Origin: Hemiscyllium ocellatum
Taxonomy: Eukaryota
Reading direction: 5' to 3'
NCBI RefSeq assembly: GCF_020745735.1
Contig: NC_083409.1
Coordinates: 88,246,048-88,310,047, forward strand
DNA: 64,000 nt
In this document: positions 26,885 through 39,330 of the stretch, one piece after another
How positions within the stretch are numbered: the stretch's first letter is position 1
Layout of the letters: each line of letters opens with the position of its first letter
The notes under the pieces: generated by a model
What the model was told of the DNA's origin: nothing
Database searches by the model: none
The model's input: the letters and a program-made list of their open reading frames with translations, nothing else
Position numbers and translations under genes: made by a program

Positions 26885-27208
26885 TTTTATTCATAGAATG
26901 TGGGGATCACTGGCTGAACTAATATTTATTGCCCTAATTGCCTAGAGGGCAGTTAAGAGTCAGCCACATTACTGTTGGTCTGCAGTCACATGTACGCTAG
27001 ACCACGTGAGGATTGTCGTTTCCTTCCCAAAAGGACTTTAGTGAACCAGATGGGGTTTCCAACAATTGTTTTATGGTCATTAATTCCAGATTTTTATTGA
27101 ATTCAAATTCCATCATCTACAATGGCCAGATTTGAACCTGGATCCCAGAACATTACCTGGGAGTCCAGATTAATTGTCTCATGATAATATTACTGGGCCA
27201 TCACCTCC
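26885..27208 (-). mobile_element. tRNA-derived SINE with a LINE-like tail
   Basis: Reverse B box ATTTGAACC and A-box-like head near 27190-27208; tail matches the end of the LINE at 46698. Confidence 0.7.
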
Positions 27209-27366
27209 TCGGGTTAAGCAGATCAATGTGTTTCCCCCAATGCACATCTGAGGAGAACCAAGGTTTCCTGGTTTCCTGGTTTCCTGGACCATCCCTGCCT
27301 CCCTATTGCCACAGGAATGATCTGGGTCATCCCAGGCCAGCTCTATTGCATGCTCCTCAAAAAGGG

Positions 27367-27529
27367 TCACATGACACCAGGTTATAGTCCAAAAGATTTA
27401 TTTGAAATCACAAGCTTCACAAATCCCCTGATGAAGGGGCAGTGCTCTGTGATTTCAAGTAAACCAGATGGACTCTAACTTGGTGTGACTTCAGACTTTG
27501 TGCACCTCAGTCCAACACTGGTACCTCCA
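27367..27529. mobile_element. Penelope-like foldback (family B)
   Basis: Inverted arms; CTGATGAAGGGGCAGTGCTC core; TSD CCTCAAAA(A/G)GGG at 27355-27366 and 27530-27541. Confidence 0.8.
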
Positions 27530-30257
27530 CCTCAAAAGGGGTGAGGATCTTTCTGCTTGGTATCCCTCCGCCAGACGTGAGAAGAGTGCCCTGCAAAAAC
27601 ATAAAGAGGAGGACTGAGTGCAAGCTACTTTATGCATGTGGACAAATGTGTGAGCTGGTGAAACATCCCCAGAAAGTGAGTAGGAATTGCAGTGCTTAGG
27701 AAGGGTTAGTTGTTTGTTTGAGAGGATGATGTGGGTGTGAGATTTTGAGTACACATCATGAACACAATGCTAAGGCTTGCAGATTACTAATCTTTTGTGA
27801 GATGCCTATTGCAGTGACAGAGTTAGTCTGAGTAATGCCCTCATACATATGAGTGATCAGAGAGAAAAAAGTGTCACTTAGCCTTATGGCACTGCAGCTA
27901 AGTGCCTGCTCTCTCAGTCCAGGCTTGACAGGTTTGATGGGATCATCCCCTGGTGCCATCTCCAGAAAGAGGACCTTCCTTCTCTTTCTTATTCTACCGA
28001 GTCACATGTGTATTGATGCATCACTAAACCAAAGTCTTTGGGGGCACCATCAATGAGGATGGGAGCAATCAACACAGACTCCTTGAAAATCCTTGTTTGC
28101 AGCTTCCTGCTTACTTACCCCTTGCAATTTACTGAGAAACATGTGGAGCATCTTCTTTGCATAGATAATGAGTTGAGAATCACGCTAAGACCTGAGCCAA
28201 ACTGGCCTATGTCATGACAGAAGTGACAATCTTTAACTTGCTTGTCATTGTCGCTTATCTCCAAAATGGAAATTCCTGACCACGATGTGCACCCATGTGT
28301 AACAGGAAAGGGGAGAGGAATTGAATCAAAGGAGTCAATTGGAAGACTGAGTAGTTCTGTGAAACAGAATCTAACAAACTGGAATTGTCAGGGGGGAAGA
28401 GACTTGCTTGGACTGATGGAGCTTTGTGAGGGGAAAGGTGTCCTGGAGGGAAAATGGGTTGAAGGAGATGGACGAGGAATCATATATTTGAATGTTGTGT
28501 GAAGGTCAGAGAAATAGATTACATGGACTAATTCACGGTCAAGCATGTAAATATCCACAAGGTAATATATAACATTTAAAATGTAAATACCAATTGTCAT
28601 ACTTACTTTGGGTTTTTAAAACAAAATCAATTTGTAAGGATTCTTTCCATTGTAGATAACAATAAACACAATAGAAACACTGAACAAGCCATGTTCTGCT
28701 TGATGCTGTATTGTGGTGAAAATGTCTTAAACTCTACATTATTGCCTTCAAATCCATGAAGAACTCCCTTTTTAACAATTATAAAAATTGAACCAACAGA
28801 CATTTTTTAAAAAAAGTTAGTCTCCTTCAATTTAAATGTCTGCATAACCTGTCTTATCAACAAATAATGAGGAGTAAAACAGGGGGGCATACATATAAAT
28901 GGTGTGAAATTGATTCAATGTCTATTCTCCTGATACCATTGTCATTTTCTTAGATGTTGTACAGATAAATCTCTGGACTATTTCAGGGGAGTTTGATTTA
29001 TTTGAGTAACATTCCAGTTTGTATGTGATTTTACAGTTGTTACATACAGCCCATGGGCCTGACAGGAGACATGCAGCCTTTTTAATCCTGTTTTATGAAG
29101 AGACTGTAAAAGTGCTGACCTTGTGGGATGCAGTGATGCGATTCTCAAAGGCCTCCTTTGGCCCCCAGGGAATAAACAGCTATGCGTAAACTGACAAATT
29201 ATCATGTCAGCGCATTCATCCCATCTCCATTGTACCCTGCCATTTCCCCTAAGAACAACCATCTGGAAATACATAAACCTTTTTAATAATGGTTTGCTTC
29301 TAGTTTCTCAATGGTATCAATGCTGAATGGAAAGGACACATTTAAACCATCCAATTTCTCCAGAAATTTGATAGAAATTTACATCAGCATCATAAAGACT
29401 ACTTTAAGGATAATGTCGCTTCTCATAGGAAGGGACAGGATTGGGACATGATATGATTATGCTAAAAGCATAGAACAATATAAGCTGTCACTGGGAAATA
29501 CGAGTTAAGTGTTAAATCGAAGATGAAAAGGAATGGCAATAACCTGCAGCAAAGTTTGAATTGAATTTTTCACTTAAATTGTGGTCTATAAATTCAACCA
29601 TGTGATACTGTCTTTCAGGATGCTAACTGGTCTAGTACATCCTTCACATGGTGGGCAGGAAGCATTCATATATTTGCACCCTATCCCTTCCTACTTGGCC
29701 CTCAGCACCTCTCCCACTGTCTTTTGTGGTTTGACCATTTCTCCTGATTCTTATGCTTCAATCATACTCTTCAACCTCCATGTTTTGTCTTTATCAATCC
29801 TGGTCTCTGACTCCCTGCTCTTTCTTATTCTAAAGCACTCTGCCCTTTGATCCCAACTTCTTAGTTACACTTACTCAAGAACCAGTACCACACTAAAAGG
29901 GCCTGATATTCTTCTATGTCAATTGGTTGCTTTTGTCACATTAGCTCCATTGTCATAGAGCCAAAGAACAATGTTAGAGAATTTGCAGATCTTAGCATGC
30001 TAGGGCAGGAAACAGACTCTATACATTGTGACCCCAAATATTACAGGATGATACAAATCCACTTTATGTGTCCTTTACTTTACTGGACATATTTTTGGAA
30101 TGAGTTGTAACATAATATAATTTTAGTTCACCTTCTCTGGATTTTTTTACAAGGGGTGTATTTCTGATGTACTTGGTCTGGCCATATTGAGTCAGGAACC
30201 CAGTTCCTGATAGCTTCCATATTCTAATCTGACAATGCTGCTGTGTTGCTCACTCAA

Positions 30258-30608
30258 CAAAAACAGAAATTACTGGAAAAATACAGCAGATTTGGAATTG
30301 GCTGTAGAGAGAAAGCAGAATTAGCCTTTTGGGTCCAGCGAAAAACGGTTGTGCAGACAAAGGAATGCGTGGGCAGACTGACCTTTACCAAATTCTTTGT
30401 CTGCCCAACTGTTTTCCTTTTTGTCTGGGCTCCATCTTCAACTATTGTTTACTTCTTCCCCTTCCCCTCACCCCATCTTCAGTGTACATATCAACCTTTT
30501 CCCAGTTATCATCAGTTCTGATGAAGAGTCTCTGGACCTGAAACATTAACTGCTTTTTCTCCACAGATGCTGCCAGACCTGCTGAATATCTCCAGCAATT
30601 TAAGTTTT
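30258..30608. mobile_element. Penelope-like foldback (family C)
   Basis: Inverted termini; exact repeat TGTTGCTCACTCAA at 30244-30257 and 30609-30622. Confidence 0.85.
30513..30552 (+). ncRNA. Minimal type I hammerhead ribozyme motif (family C)
   Basis: CAGTT-CTGATGA-A-GAGTC..GACCT-GAAA-CA-TT-AACTG; stem I is CAGTT/AACTG. Confidence 0.65.
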
Positions 30609-31051
30609 TGTTGCTCACTCAATACTATTGTATCTTGAAACATAGGTTCAGGATAGATGCTACCTTGGCATCTAATTATTGGCATCAAGCATTAACAGGA
30701 GGTGGAAACTGCCTTTAGAGTTCAAGCAGCAAATCCAGATGGCAGCCATGATGGGTCTGCATTTCCTTGCAGAACACAGCAGACAGAACATTGGAAGCTC
30801 AGCAGTCTCAGCAAGCACAGCAATGGCCAAATGGAAGGTAAAGTTCTAGTGCAAGCTTCGAACATATTTTTGTATTTTAAAAGCTTTCACTTTTCCCCAA
30901 ATCAGGTCTGACAGCTGGGCAACAATGTGCTTTTCACCTTTGAAAATTGCAGTTCTGCAAGCACTGCCCCTTTAACAAACTCCTGAAGGAAACTGGACCA
31001 ATAATTAAAGGTCAGGCCTCTTTGGCTTTTGCTGCCACCTCACCTCAATAG

Positions 31052-31522
31052 CTGAAAATGTGTTGCTGGAAAAGCACAGCAGGTCAGGCAGCATCCAAGG
31101 AGCAGGAGAATCGACATTTCGGGCATGAGCCCTTCTTCAGGAATGAGCTTTCTTTCTTTGTCTTTTTGAGGGACTCACTGAAATCCTTGTAGAGGGAGGA
31201 AGAGAGCTTCTTCAAGGAAGGCATCCTTGCAAGAGGATTCGCAGGAGATTAAAATCTTCGAGGAGAAAGTGAGGACTGCAGATGCTGGAGATCAGAGCTG
31301 AAACTGTGTTGTTGGAAAAGCGCAGCAGATCAGGCAGTATCCAAGGCGCAGGAGAATTGACGTTTCGGGCATGAGCCCTTCTTCAGGAATGAGCCTCATT
31401 CCTGAAGAAGGGGTCATGCCCGAAACGTCGATTCTCCTGCTCCTTGGATGCTGCCTGACCTGCTGCACTTTTCCAGCAACACATTTTCAGCTCTGATCTC
31501 CAGCACCTGCAGTCCTCACTTG
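31052..31522. mobile_element. Penelope-like element with three terminal-repeat copies (family A)
   Basis: Two minus-strand repeats and one plus-strand repeat; TSD CACCTCA(C/T)CTCAATAG at 31036-31051 and 31523-31538. Confidence 0.9.
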
Positions 31523-31769
31523 CACCTCATCTCAATAGTGCAGTTTTCAAATTACAGCCACACCATTCCCAAACAGATTCAATCGAAGGCCTATTGCAGG
31601 AGTTTTGTGTGAACAAATGGAGGCTTTCTCTAAAATATGGCTGATTCATGGTCCTCTGTACCCAGATTCTCGGCCAGTTTCTTGCTGTACAGGTGGTTGT
31701 CCATCAAAATTATGGCTGACATTGGTGGCTATTCATTCTTGCCCATATGCCAGATTCTTGTGAGTAAAA

Positions 31770-32175
31770 GTTTCACTCAAAAACTTGAGCACATTGTCTA
31801 AACTGACAGCTAAGTGCAACACTGAGAGACTGCTATGAATTTGCAGGGACCGTCCATCAGCTAAGATGTGAAATCGAGGCCTGATCTATGCATAAGGGAA
31901 TTCTTCTAATGTCCTGGCTTCCAAATGAAACAGGTTATCTCATACTTTATTTAATTGCTGTCTCCAGATTCAATGCCATTTCCTACATTACAACAATCAT
32001 TATACTTCAAAAGGGTTTTGGTACATCCAGAGGTCATCAGATGATTCCTGATGAAGGGCTTTTGCCCAAAACGTCAATTTCGCTGTTCCTTGGATGCTGC
32101 CTGAACTGCTGTGCTCTTCCAGAATCTGGTTTCCAGTATCTGCGGTCATTGTTTTTACCTAGATGAAAGGCTGAC
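31770..32175 (+). mobile_element. DeuSINE-like relic with a nested Penelope-like repeat at 32044-32160
   Basis: CCTACATTACAAC..TACTTCAAAAG blocks; nested ATTCCTGATGAAGGGCTTTTGCCC. Confidence 0.6.
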
Positions 32176-33014
32176 TAGTCATTTCTTTTGGGTCAACTGG
32201 TATTGCTATCTCTATCTGGGACCTGAATGTTCATTATATACCTTCGAATATTTTTCCTATTTTCCACAAAGTGAGCAGATAGATATCACTAAAACTATGA
32301 TATCTGATGCCCTATTGTTAATTGTTTATATACATGAAGTATTGTTGAATTATGTGTGAGTTTCATTATCAAGATGCCAGTAGACATATTTATTTAACAC
32401 ACAAAAGGGTAAAAGCAGGGGAGTTTGAAACAGTGTGGGAGCTTATTTTGAGAGACATTGAACTGAATTTGAGCTCGAAGAGAAGTGAACTTGTGCTTGG
32501 GGGAAAGTGAAGATGGAAGTAAGGATCGAAATCAGCTGAATTTATTGATGAGTTGAGAACTTTGTTCATTATTTAACAGTGACTTTTGAACAGAATCAAA
32601 AGCTAGTCTTATGAAATGTAATTGATCCATTGCAGACTCGCTCATTGTCTGCATGTTGATGGAAGTTGTTCTATTATCAGACCTTGCAAAAATGCTTGAT
32701 GTACAATTAATTACTTTGAAGAGCACTGATGTATTATGTTGGCAAATATATCACAGCTATTTTTCACATAGCAAAGTTCCATACACAAGAAGATAAATGA
32801 GCAGGTAACTTTTGTTTGGTCATGTTGACCTAAGGAAAGCAGGCAAATTCCTTGGCATTAGTTATTAAAGGCCAACTGGTACAGGAATATGAGTATCCAG
32901 ACTAACACCACATTGAAAAGAAACCCCTCTGACAGATCAGTATTGATCGTATGCATACTGCATTGAAATGTTCCTGCAGATTGAGAACACAATAGTCTGG
33001 AATAGTCAAAATAA

Positions 33015-33350
33015 AATAATCCCAATCTAAACTAATCCCACATGCCTGTGCTTAGCCCATATCCCTCCCCCCAAACATTTCTTATTCAAGTACTTAACCA
33101 AATGCCTTTTAAATGTTGTAACTGTACCCACATCCATCACTTGCCTTGGAAGTTCATTCCACACATGAACCACGCACTGTGTTAAAAAGTTGCCCCTCAT
33201 GTCTTTTTAAAATCTTTCTCCTCTCAACTTAAAAATAGGTCCTTAGTTTTGAAATCTCCAACTCAATGAAAAGACACTTGCCATTCACCGTATCAATATC
33301 GCTCATGATTTTATAAGTATCTATAAGGTCACCCCTCAACCTCCTATGCT
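33015..33350 (-). mobile_element. CR1 3' fragment
   Basis: Reverse complement of the CR1 ORF2 end. Confidence 0.8.
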
Positions 33351-33963
33351 TCATTAATTCACCTCCATCTACATCAAAGTCAACACTGCTAGCAACTGAC
33401 ATTAAATATCCAAAAGCATTGGCTCAGATATCAATGAAGGGAAGGGTTAGGGGAGGAAACATTGTGGCACAGATACACAGACCTCCTGCTAAATTTGGAA
33501 GCATTACAACATTTTTCTTTCATGCTTTACTTGGCAAATGGTCAAATAGATGGGCTAACTTGGTGCCTAATGTGAAAACTAACTCCAGGAAACCATAGGT
33601 AGAAACTTTTGAGGAATGCCCAGAAGAGATGAGGGAGTAATAAATTAGAGATTGGTTGGTGAGAGATTGGCAATTGTGGGAGTGAGAGGTCAGGATGAGG
33701 GTGGGTGAGGTGTAGGAGATGATTGCTGGGTCTTTGATGCCTAAGTAAGTTTTAAAAGCAAATTTGGTTCCCCATTGCACTGACAACTTGATTTAAATAT
33801 GTTAATGAACTGTTCCATCTCTTCAAAATAAAACACTTTCACAACACGAAATGCTCTATCTTAACAACAATCGTATGTATTTGATAGGTTATAGGTTTTA
33901 CCATTCTTAATCTGCCTTCGAACCTGTCTGTCCTTTCATACATGAGGTTACTATCAAGATCAT

Positions 33964-34777
33964 GATGTGGAGGATCCAGTGTTGGACTGGGGTGGACAAA
34001 GTTAAAAATCACACAAAACCAGGTTATAGTCCAACAGGTTTATTTAGAAGCACTAGCTTTCGAAGCACTGCTCCTTCATCAGGCGGTTGTGGAGAATAAG
34101 ACCATAAGACACAGAATTTATAGCAATAAGTGTTCTCTGACTGGGAGGAACATCCGGTCTGGTGATTGTTGTACGGTGTCCAATGTACCAAGCCTCGGAG
34201 CATCCTTGCCTACAGAATATGAGATAGACAATGTTGGTTGAGTCACATGAGTACTTGCATGTACACAATGGATGATGTCCCCATGGGTAATGGTGGTATC
34301 CGTATCGACACACTGACACATCTTGCAGTGGTTGACATGACAGGGTTGTACAGAGTTGTTCATTGATGTTGTCCTGAAGGCTGGGTGGTTTGCTGGGAAC
34401 AATCACCTATTTAAGGTTTGGCGGTTGTTTAAAAGCGAGAAGTGGAGGTGTAGGGAAGGTCTTGGTGAGATGTGCATTATCATTGATAATCTGTTGCAGG
34501 CTGTGAAGAACATGGGCATAAATTTTCAGCTCCCGGAAAGTACTGGACAAAGTTTTAGGATTTACATAGCAATGAAACAAAACCTGCCACCCATTCTAAT
34601 AGATGAAAGACTTAACAACAATCCAGACCTGTTCAATATATAATTTCAGTTGCATGACACTGTAATCTTTTGCTATAAATTCTGTGTCTTATGGTTTTAT
34701 TCTCCAAAACCACCTGATGAAGGAGCAGTGCTCTGAAAGCTAGTGCTTCCAAATAGCCTGGTGTTGTGTGATTTTTA
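33964..34777. mobile_element. Penelope-like foldback (family B) with a GIY-YIG endonuclease relic
   Basis: Minus ORF CQPLQ..YSCDSTNIVYLIFCRQGCSEAWYIG; inverted terminal repeats; exact TSD ACTATCAAGATCAT at 33950-33963 and 34778-34791. Confidence 0.9.
34711..34746 (+). ncRNA. Minimal type I hammerhead ribozyme motif (family B)
   Basis: CAC-CTGATGA-A-GGAGC-AGT-GCTCT-GAAA-GC-TA-GTG; second copy on the minus strand at about 34051-34085. Confidence 0.75.
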
Positions 34778-36084
34778 ACTATCAAGATCATTTAGTATGT
34801 AAATGTCAGGGTTATGATGTGTAGGGCTCTGTTAAGTTTTTAGTAAACATCTGATTACAAGTGGGTAATTAGTGGCCATCAGTTGCTGCCCTCTGCTAGT
34901 TCACAGAATAGAGAACACAGCCTGGGGCTGTCTGAATCAGTTTTGTTTGTTTCACAGAATAAAGGAAAAGACCATCTTATCAAAACCATTGTCAGATGTG
35001 TGGGAAAGAACTGCATATTCCCCCAACCTCATCCAAAAACTACAAAAATAAGTCTGTTATTAGTTGATCCATTGGAATAATTTAAACAAACATTGGGTGT
35101 TTGCAGTAGCCATAAAATGTTTAGTATAAAGATCATTACATTTCGCTTTATTGGTCTAATCAGCCATTCAATTACAAATGCAAAAAGCCTTTCAAACACT
35201 GTTTCCTTTTATCAGCAGTTTCTCTTCTCAATTCAGACATTCTAAATCAGCCAACCATGGCTGAGCATGTATTATAGGCCGATTCTGTTCTAGGAGACAG
35301 TAAACGGATTACCATGGCAAGGCTTTAATAACATTTATTTGTTTTATTGTTGATCCTATATTCTCCTCATTTGTCTATGTGATGAGCACACACCCAAAAC
35401 AAATGAGGCAGTTTAGGTGATCTGCAGCTCAGTACAGCCCCATTTTTAGTGAGACCATTTTTCATTTAAATTACCGCTGTCTTCTTACCCAAGCTTCACC
35501 TGATGGTGAATTTTAAGCAGGTATTGAAAACTCTTGCCTGAAACTGAGCTTAGGACCATGAGATAATTCTAATGCTCTACTGGTTGTCGTTCAGACCCTA
35601 CCCAAAGATACCAAATGGTAAACTAGCCAGAATAGCTATTCTTAAAACACCCTTGCAAGCTGTTATATGTTTGTGGCTTTTTATATGTTAGTCCACAGAA
35701 TAAAGTTTGGTCTTTGTTGAGATAGGTATCTTGACGTTTGTTTATTAAGACTAACAACTTTCATGGCTACAACATCACAGACCGACACACAGTCTGGGTT
35801 CTGTGCTTACTGATGTCACCCACACATTTCATACACATAGATGACTGACTGAACACACTACATTTACTCTATTACACTGAGACCATAGGCAAGGTAGGAA
35901 ACTGTATATAGGACTATAATATGTTGCAAAGTCACAGAATGGCCTTAAAGGTACAGGCTGGCCTGATCTGGCATCTATGCCATAAAACTATGTTCCCACT
36001 TCCTTTTTAAGAATGGGAACCCTTTTCCCAAAAAAAATGTGCAAGGATGCCTCTAGATACATTAAATCTGTACATTCAAATAAC

Positions 36085-37046
36085 ATAGAGTCATAGAGTC
36101 ACAGAGATGTATAGCAGGGAAACAGACCCTTCGGTCCAACTCGTCCATGCCAACCAGATATCCCAACCCAATCTAGTTCCACCTGCCAGCACCTGGCCCA
36201 TATCCCTCCAAAACCTTCCTATTCATATACCCATCCTTCTTAAATGTTGCCTATTAAATGTTGCAACCATACTAGACTCCACCATTTCTACTGGCAGCTC
36301 ATTCCATATAAGCACCACATAGCTTATAAGCATGAAAAGGTTGCCTCTTAGGTGTCTTTTATATCTTTCCTCTCTCACCCTTGTAAATCTTTACATCCTT
36401 GTAAATCTTTTCTGAACCCTTTCAAGTTTCACAACATTCTTCTGATAGGAAGGAGACCAGAATTGCATGCAACATTCCAACAGGGGCCTAACCAATGTCT
36501 TATACTGCCGCAACATGACCTCCTGACTCCTGTACTCAATACTCTGATAAAGGAAAGCATTCAAATGCCTTTTTCACTATCCTATCTGCCTGTGACTCCA
36601 CCTTCAAGGAGCTATGAACTTGCACCCCAAGGTCTCTTTGTTCAACAACACTCCCTGGGACCTTACCATTAAGTGTATAAGTCCTGCTAAGATTTGTTTT
36701 CCCAAAATGCATCATCTCACATTTATCTAAATTCAACTCCATCTGCCACTCCTTAGCCCAGTGGCCCATCTGATCAAGATCCCATTGTAATCTGAGGTAA
36801 TCTTCTTTGCTGTCCTCTAGAACTCCAATTTTGGTGTCATCTGCAAACTTACTAAATTTACCTTTTATGCTCATATCCACATCATTTATATAAGTGATGG
36901 AAAGTAGTGGACTCAGCACCAGTCCTTGTGGCACTCCACTGGTCACAGGCCTCCAGTCTGAAAAAAAACCCTCCACCATCACCCTCTGTCTTCTACGGGC
37001 CAGTTCTGTATCCAAATGGCTAGTTCTCCCTGTATTCCATGGGATC
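36085..37046 (-). mobile_element. CR1 LINE, truncated, with an internal deletion near 36380
   Basis: GVPQG and KFADDTK in ORF 36536-37144; (CATAGAGT)n tail. Confidence 0.95.
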
Positions 37047-37049
37047 GAA

Positions 37050-39330
37050 CATCTCGCTGGACTTTTGATATGATTAGGTCTTGTCCTTGCATGTTGATCA
37101 TGACTTGACAATGTAGCTTCACTCAGTAGTGGCTGTATTATCACAGATGGATGTGAATCATTTGAGGTGTGTGGTCATTGTCAAGCATGATATCTTCAGT
37201 ATTTGAGTCTTCATCCTCTGTAGCAGATGATTGATGATATGCAGTCTTGATATAAGCCCTTCTTTGCAGGGTTTGACTATGGGTCATTACATCATTATAT
37301 GACATAGGCTGGACACTATGACATAGTAGTTTGCCATGAACCCATTGCAGTTGTATGAAAATTTTTACCATTTCAAATTGTCATTGATCAACGTGGAATA
37401 ACTGTCTGCATGCTCATTGATCATGCTTGTAAACCATTTTCTCCCTTCTTCCCAAATATACACCATGTACACCTGGTTGAGTGGTGAGACTGTGAATGGG
37501 ATGGACCGTGGTGACCTGTCTTCCAAACATGAAAGCTGCCAGTGAGGGAAACCATGGCCTTGAGGTACAGCATGTATATCTAATATAGTTATCCAGAAAT
37601 CTTGGGAAGTTGTTTTCCATTTGATGATTTGCTTTCGATTTTAGTGTAGAATGTGTTATGTGAAGCTATTTGACTGAGGGCGAGGAGAAGAAGTGATTTG
37701 TGGATCACCTGCACATCTTGGAAAGGTGCTTTCATATACTGCACATCATTGTCAGGAGCAATTTATTGAGGTACACCAAACCTACTGAGTATCGCCTTCA
37801 ATGTGTCAACTGCTGTTGCACTAGTCATGGCTTCAGTTGTATAAAAAGGGATTTGATGAAATGGAGTGAAAATGTATGTTGCTGCAAACGTACAGCAGCT
37901 CAGGCAGCACCTGAAGAACAGGTACATCGACTCTCCTGCTCCTCAGATGCTGCCTGACCTGCTGTGCTTTTCCAGCACCACACATTTTGACTCTGATCTC
38001 CAGCATCTGCAGTCCTCACTTTATCCAATCTGGTGAATTAGTCAGTCCCCAATATATAATTGGGTTTATGGACATGGAATATATTAGTTGCAATCTTGCA
38101 CTACTGCAGATCCATGCATACTGGTTGACCAGAAGTAGACAATTTGATTCAAAAATATAAAACTTTGCAGATGCCTATTCTGAGGATCCGTATTCACATT
38201 TAAGATGGTGCCAATGCGTGGGATGTTGGACACATTGTAAGCAGTTAGCATTTTTTGTATGGGTTGCAAAATGTTTTGCCAGTTTTCTGAGTATATTTTG
38301 TGTCGGATGCATAAAGGGTTTTGTGCTAGTATCATGTGGAGTTTAGCATATCGTACCTGTTGATCATTCCTTTTCGGATATATCCCTTTGATAGAGGTAA
38401 AAGCGTTAGCTTTACTGATGGCAACGATGGTGTCAGGTTTACCATATATAGTGTCTAACAGGAGTCTGTAAGCTGTAACATTGCATTTACTTCTTGGACT
38501 GTATTGACATGTTTTTGTGTTATGACCAGTTCATTAAGGCTTCTTTGGTATTGTTCCTTGGTTGGTTCTTCAATTGTTGCTGTGGAGCAATGTGTTGTAC
38601 CTTGGATTTCTCTGAATCTTTGGACATCCTACACATTTTAGCTTACTGCCCTTTTTGGTAGAGCATAGCTTTCATATTTCATGAAATGCTGGAGACTGTC
38701 TTGATGGCTGAGGCAAGACACACCTCAAACAAGGTTTGCATTTTCCTTAGAAAGTGTTGGGAGCCCTTGCAGATGCTGCTGGCCTGCCACAATTGCTTTG
38801 AATTTGTGTCCTTCTAGCTGAGCATCGTTGGCATATTCTTTGAGTTCATCCAACAGTGCTTTTGTGGAGAATTTGAAAGGTGTTTAGGCAATAAACAGTT
38901 TCATAAGACATACAGCTAATTTAGTTCAAGTTAAATCACATTCTCTACTTTTGTGTTAACATCTGCTGTTGAATTAGTCAATCATTTCATCTGGCTGTTG
39001 TCAGGATGACATGAACTCAAAGAATGTGATTGTGAACTTATGTTGACCTTTGAGGTTATTAAAATACATTGGCAGGAACTTTATGGTCATTGTCAGAAAT
39101 ACCAAAAGCTTTTTTTCCTTTTTAACTCTTCAATGACAAAGTGAAAAGTTTGACTGCTTGTAGTTCTTTGGCAACTGTCTGATAAACTATAAAGATTGGC
39201 ACTTTCTTTAACAACTGATGTTCTGGTTCAAATATCAATGGATGACCAGTCCATGGTGAGATGTGTGCTTTCCATGTTTCTTTGGTGTAGTTTCATGCTC
39301 TTCAAAATTGCAATGGAAGTCTATAATACT
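37050..39330 (-). mobile_element. Heavily decayed Gypsy-like pol relic
   Basis: FPSLAAFMFGRQVTTVHP resembles the integrase motif SPAELMFGRxxRT; other motifs weak. Confidence 0.4.
37870..38025. mobile_element. Penelope-like foldback (family A), decayed
   Basis: CAGGCAGCA faces TGCTGCCTG; ends CTCCAGCATCTGCAGTCCTCACTTT. Confidence 0.7.

Larger units (their letters stand above)
26300..28060 (-). pseudogene. Decayed Harbinger Myb/SANT-like gene, convergent with the transposase
   Basis: Minus-strand WFSDAS (about 28020), RKVLF and CQAW segments; boundaries approximate. Confidence 0.45.
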
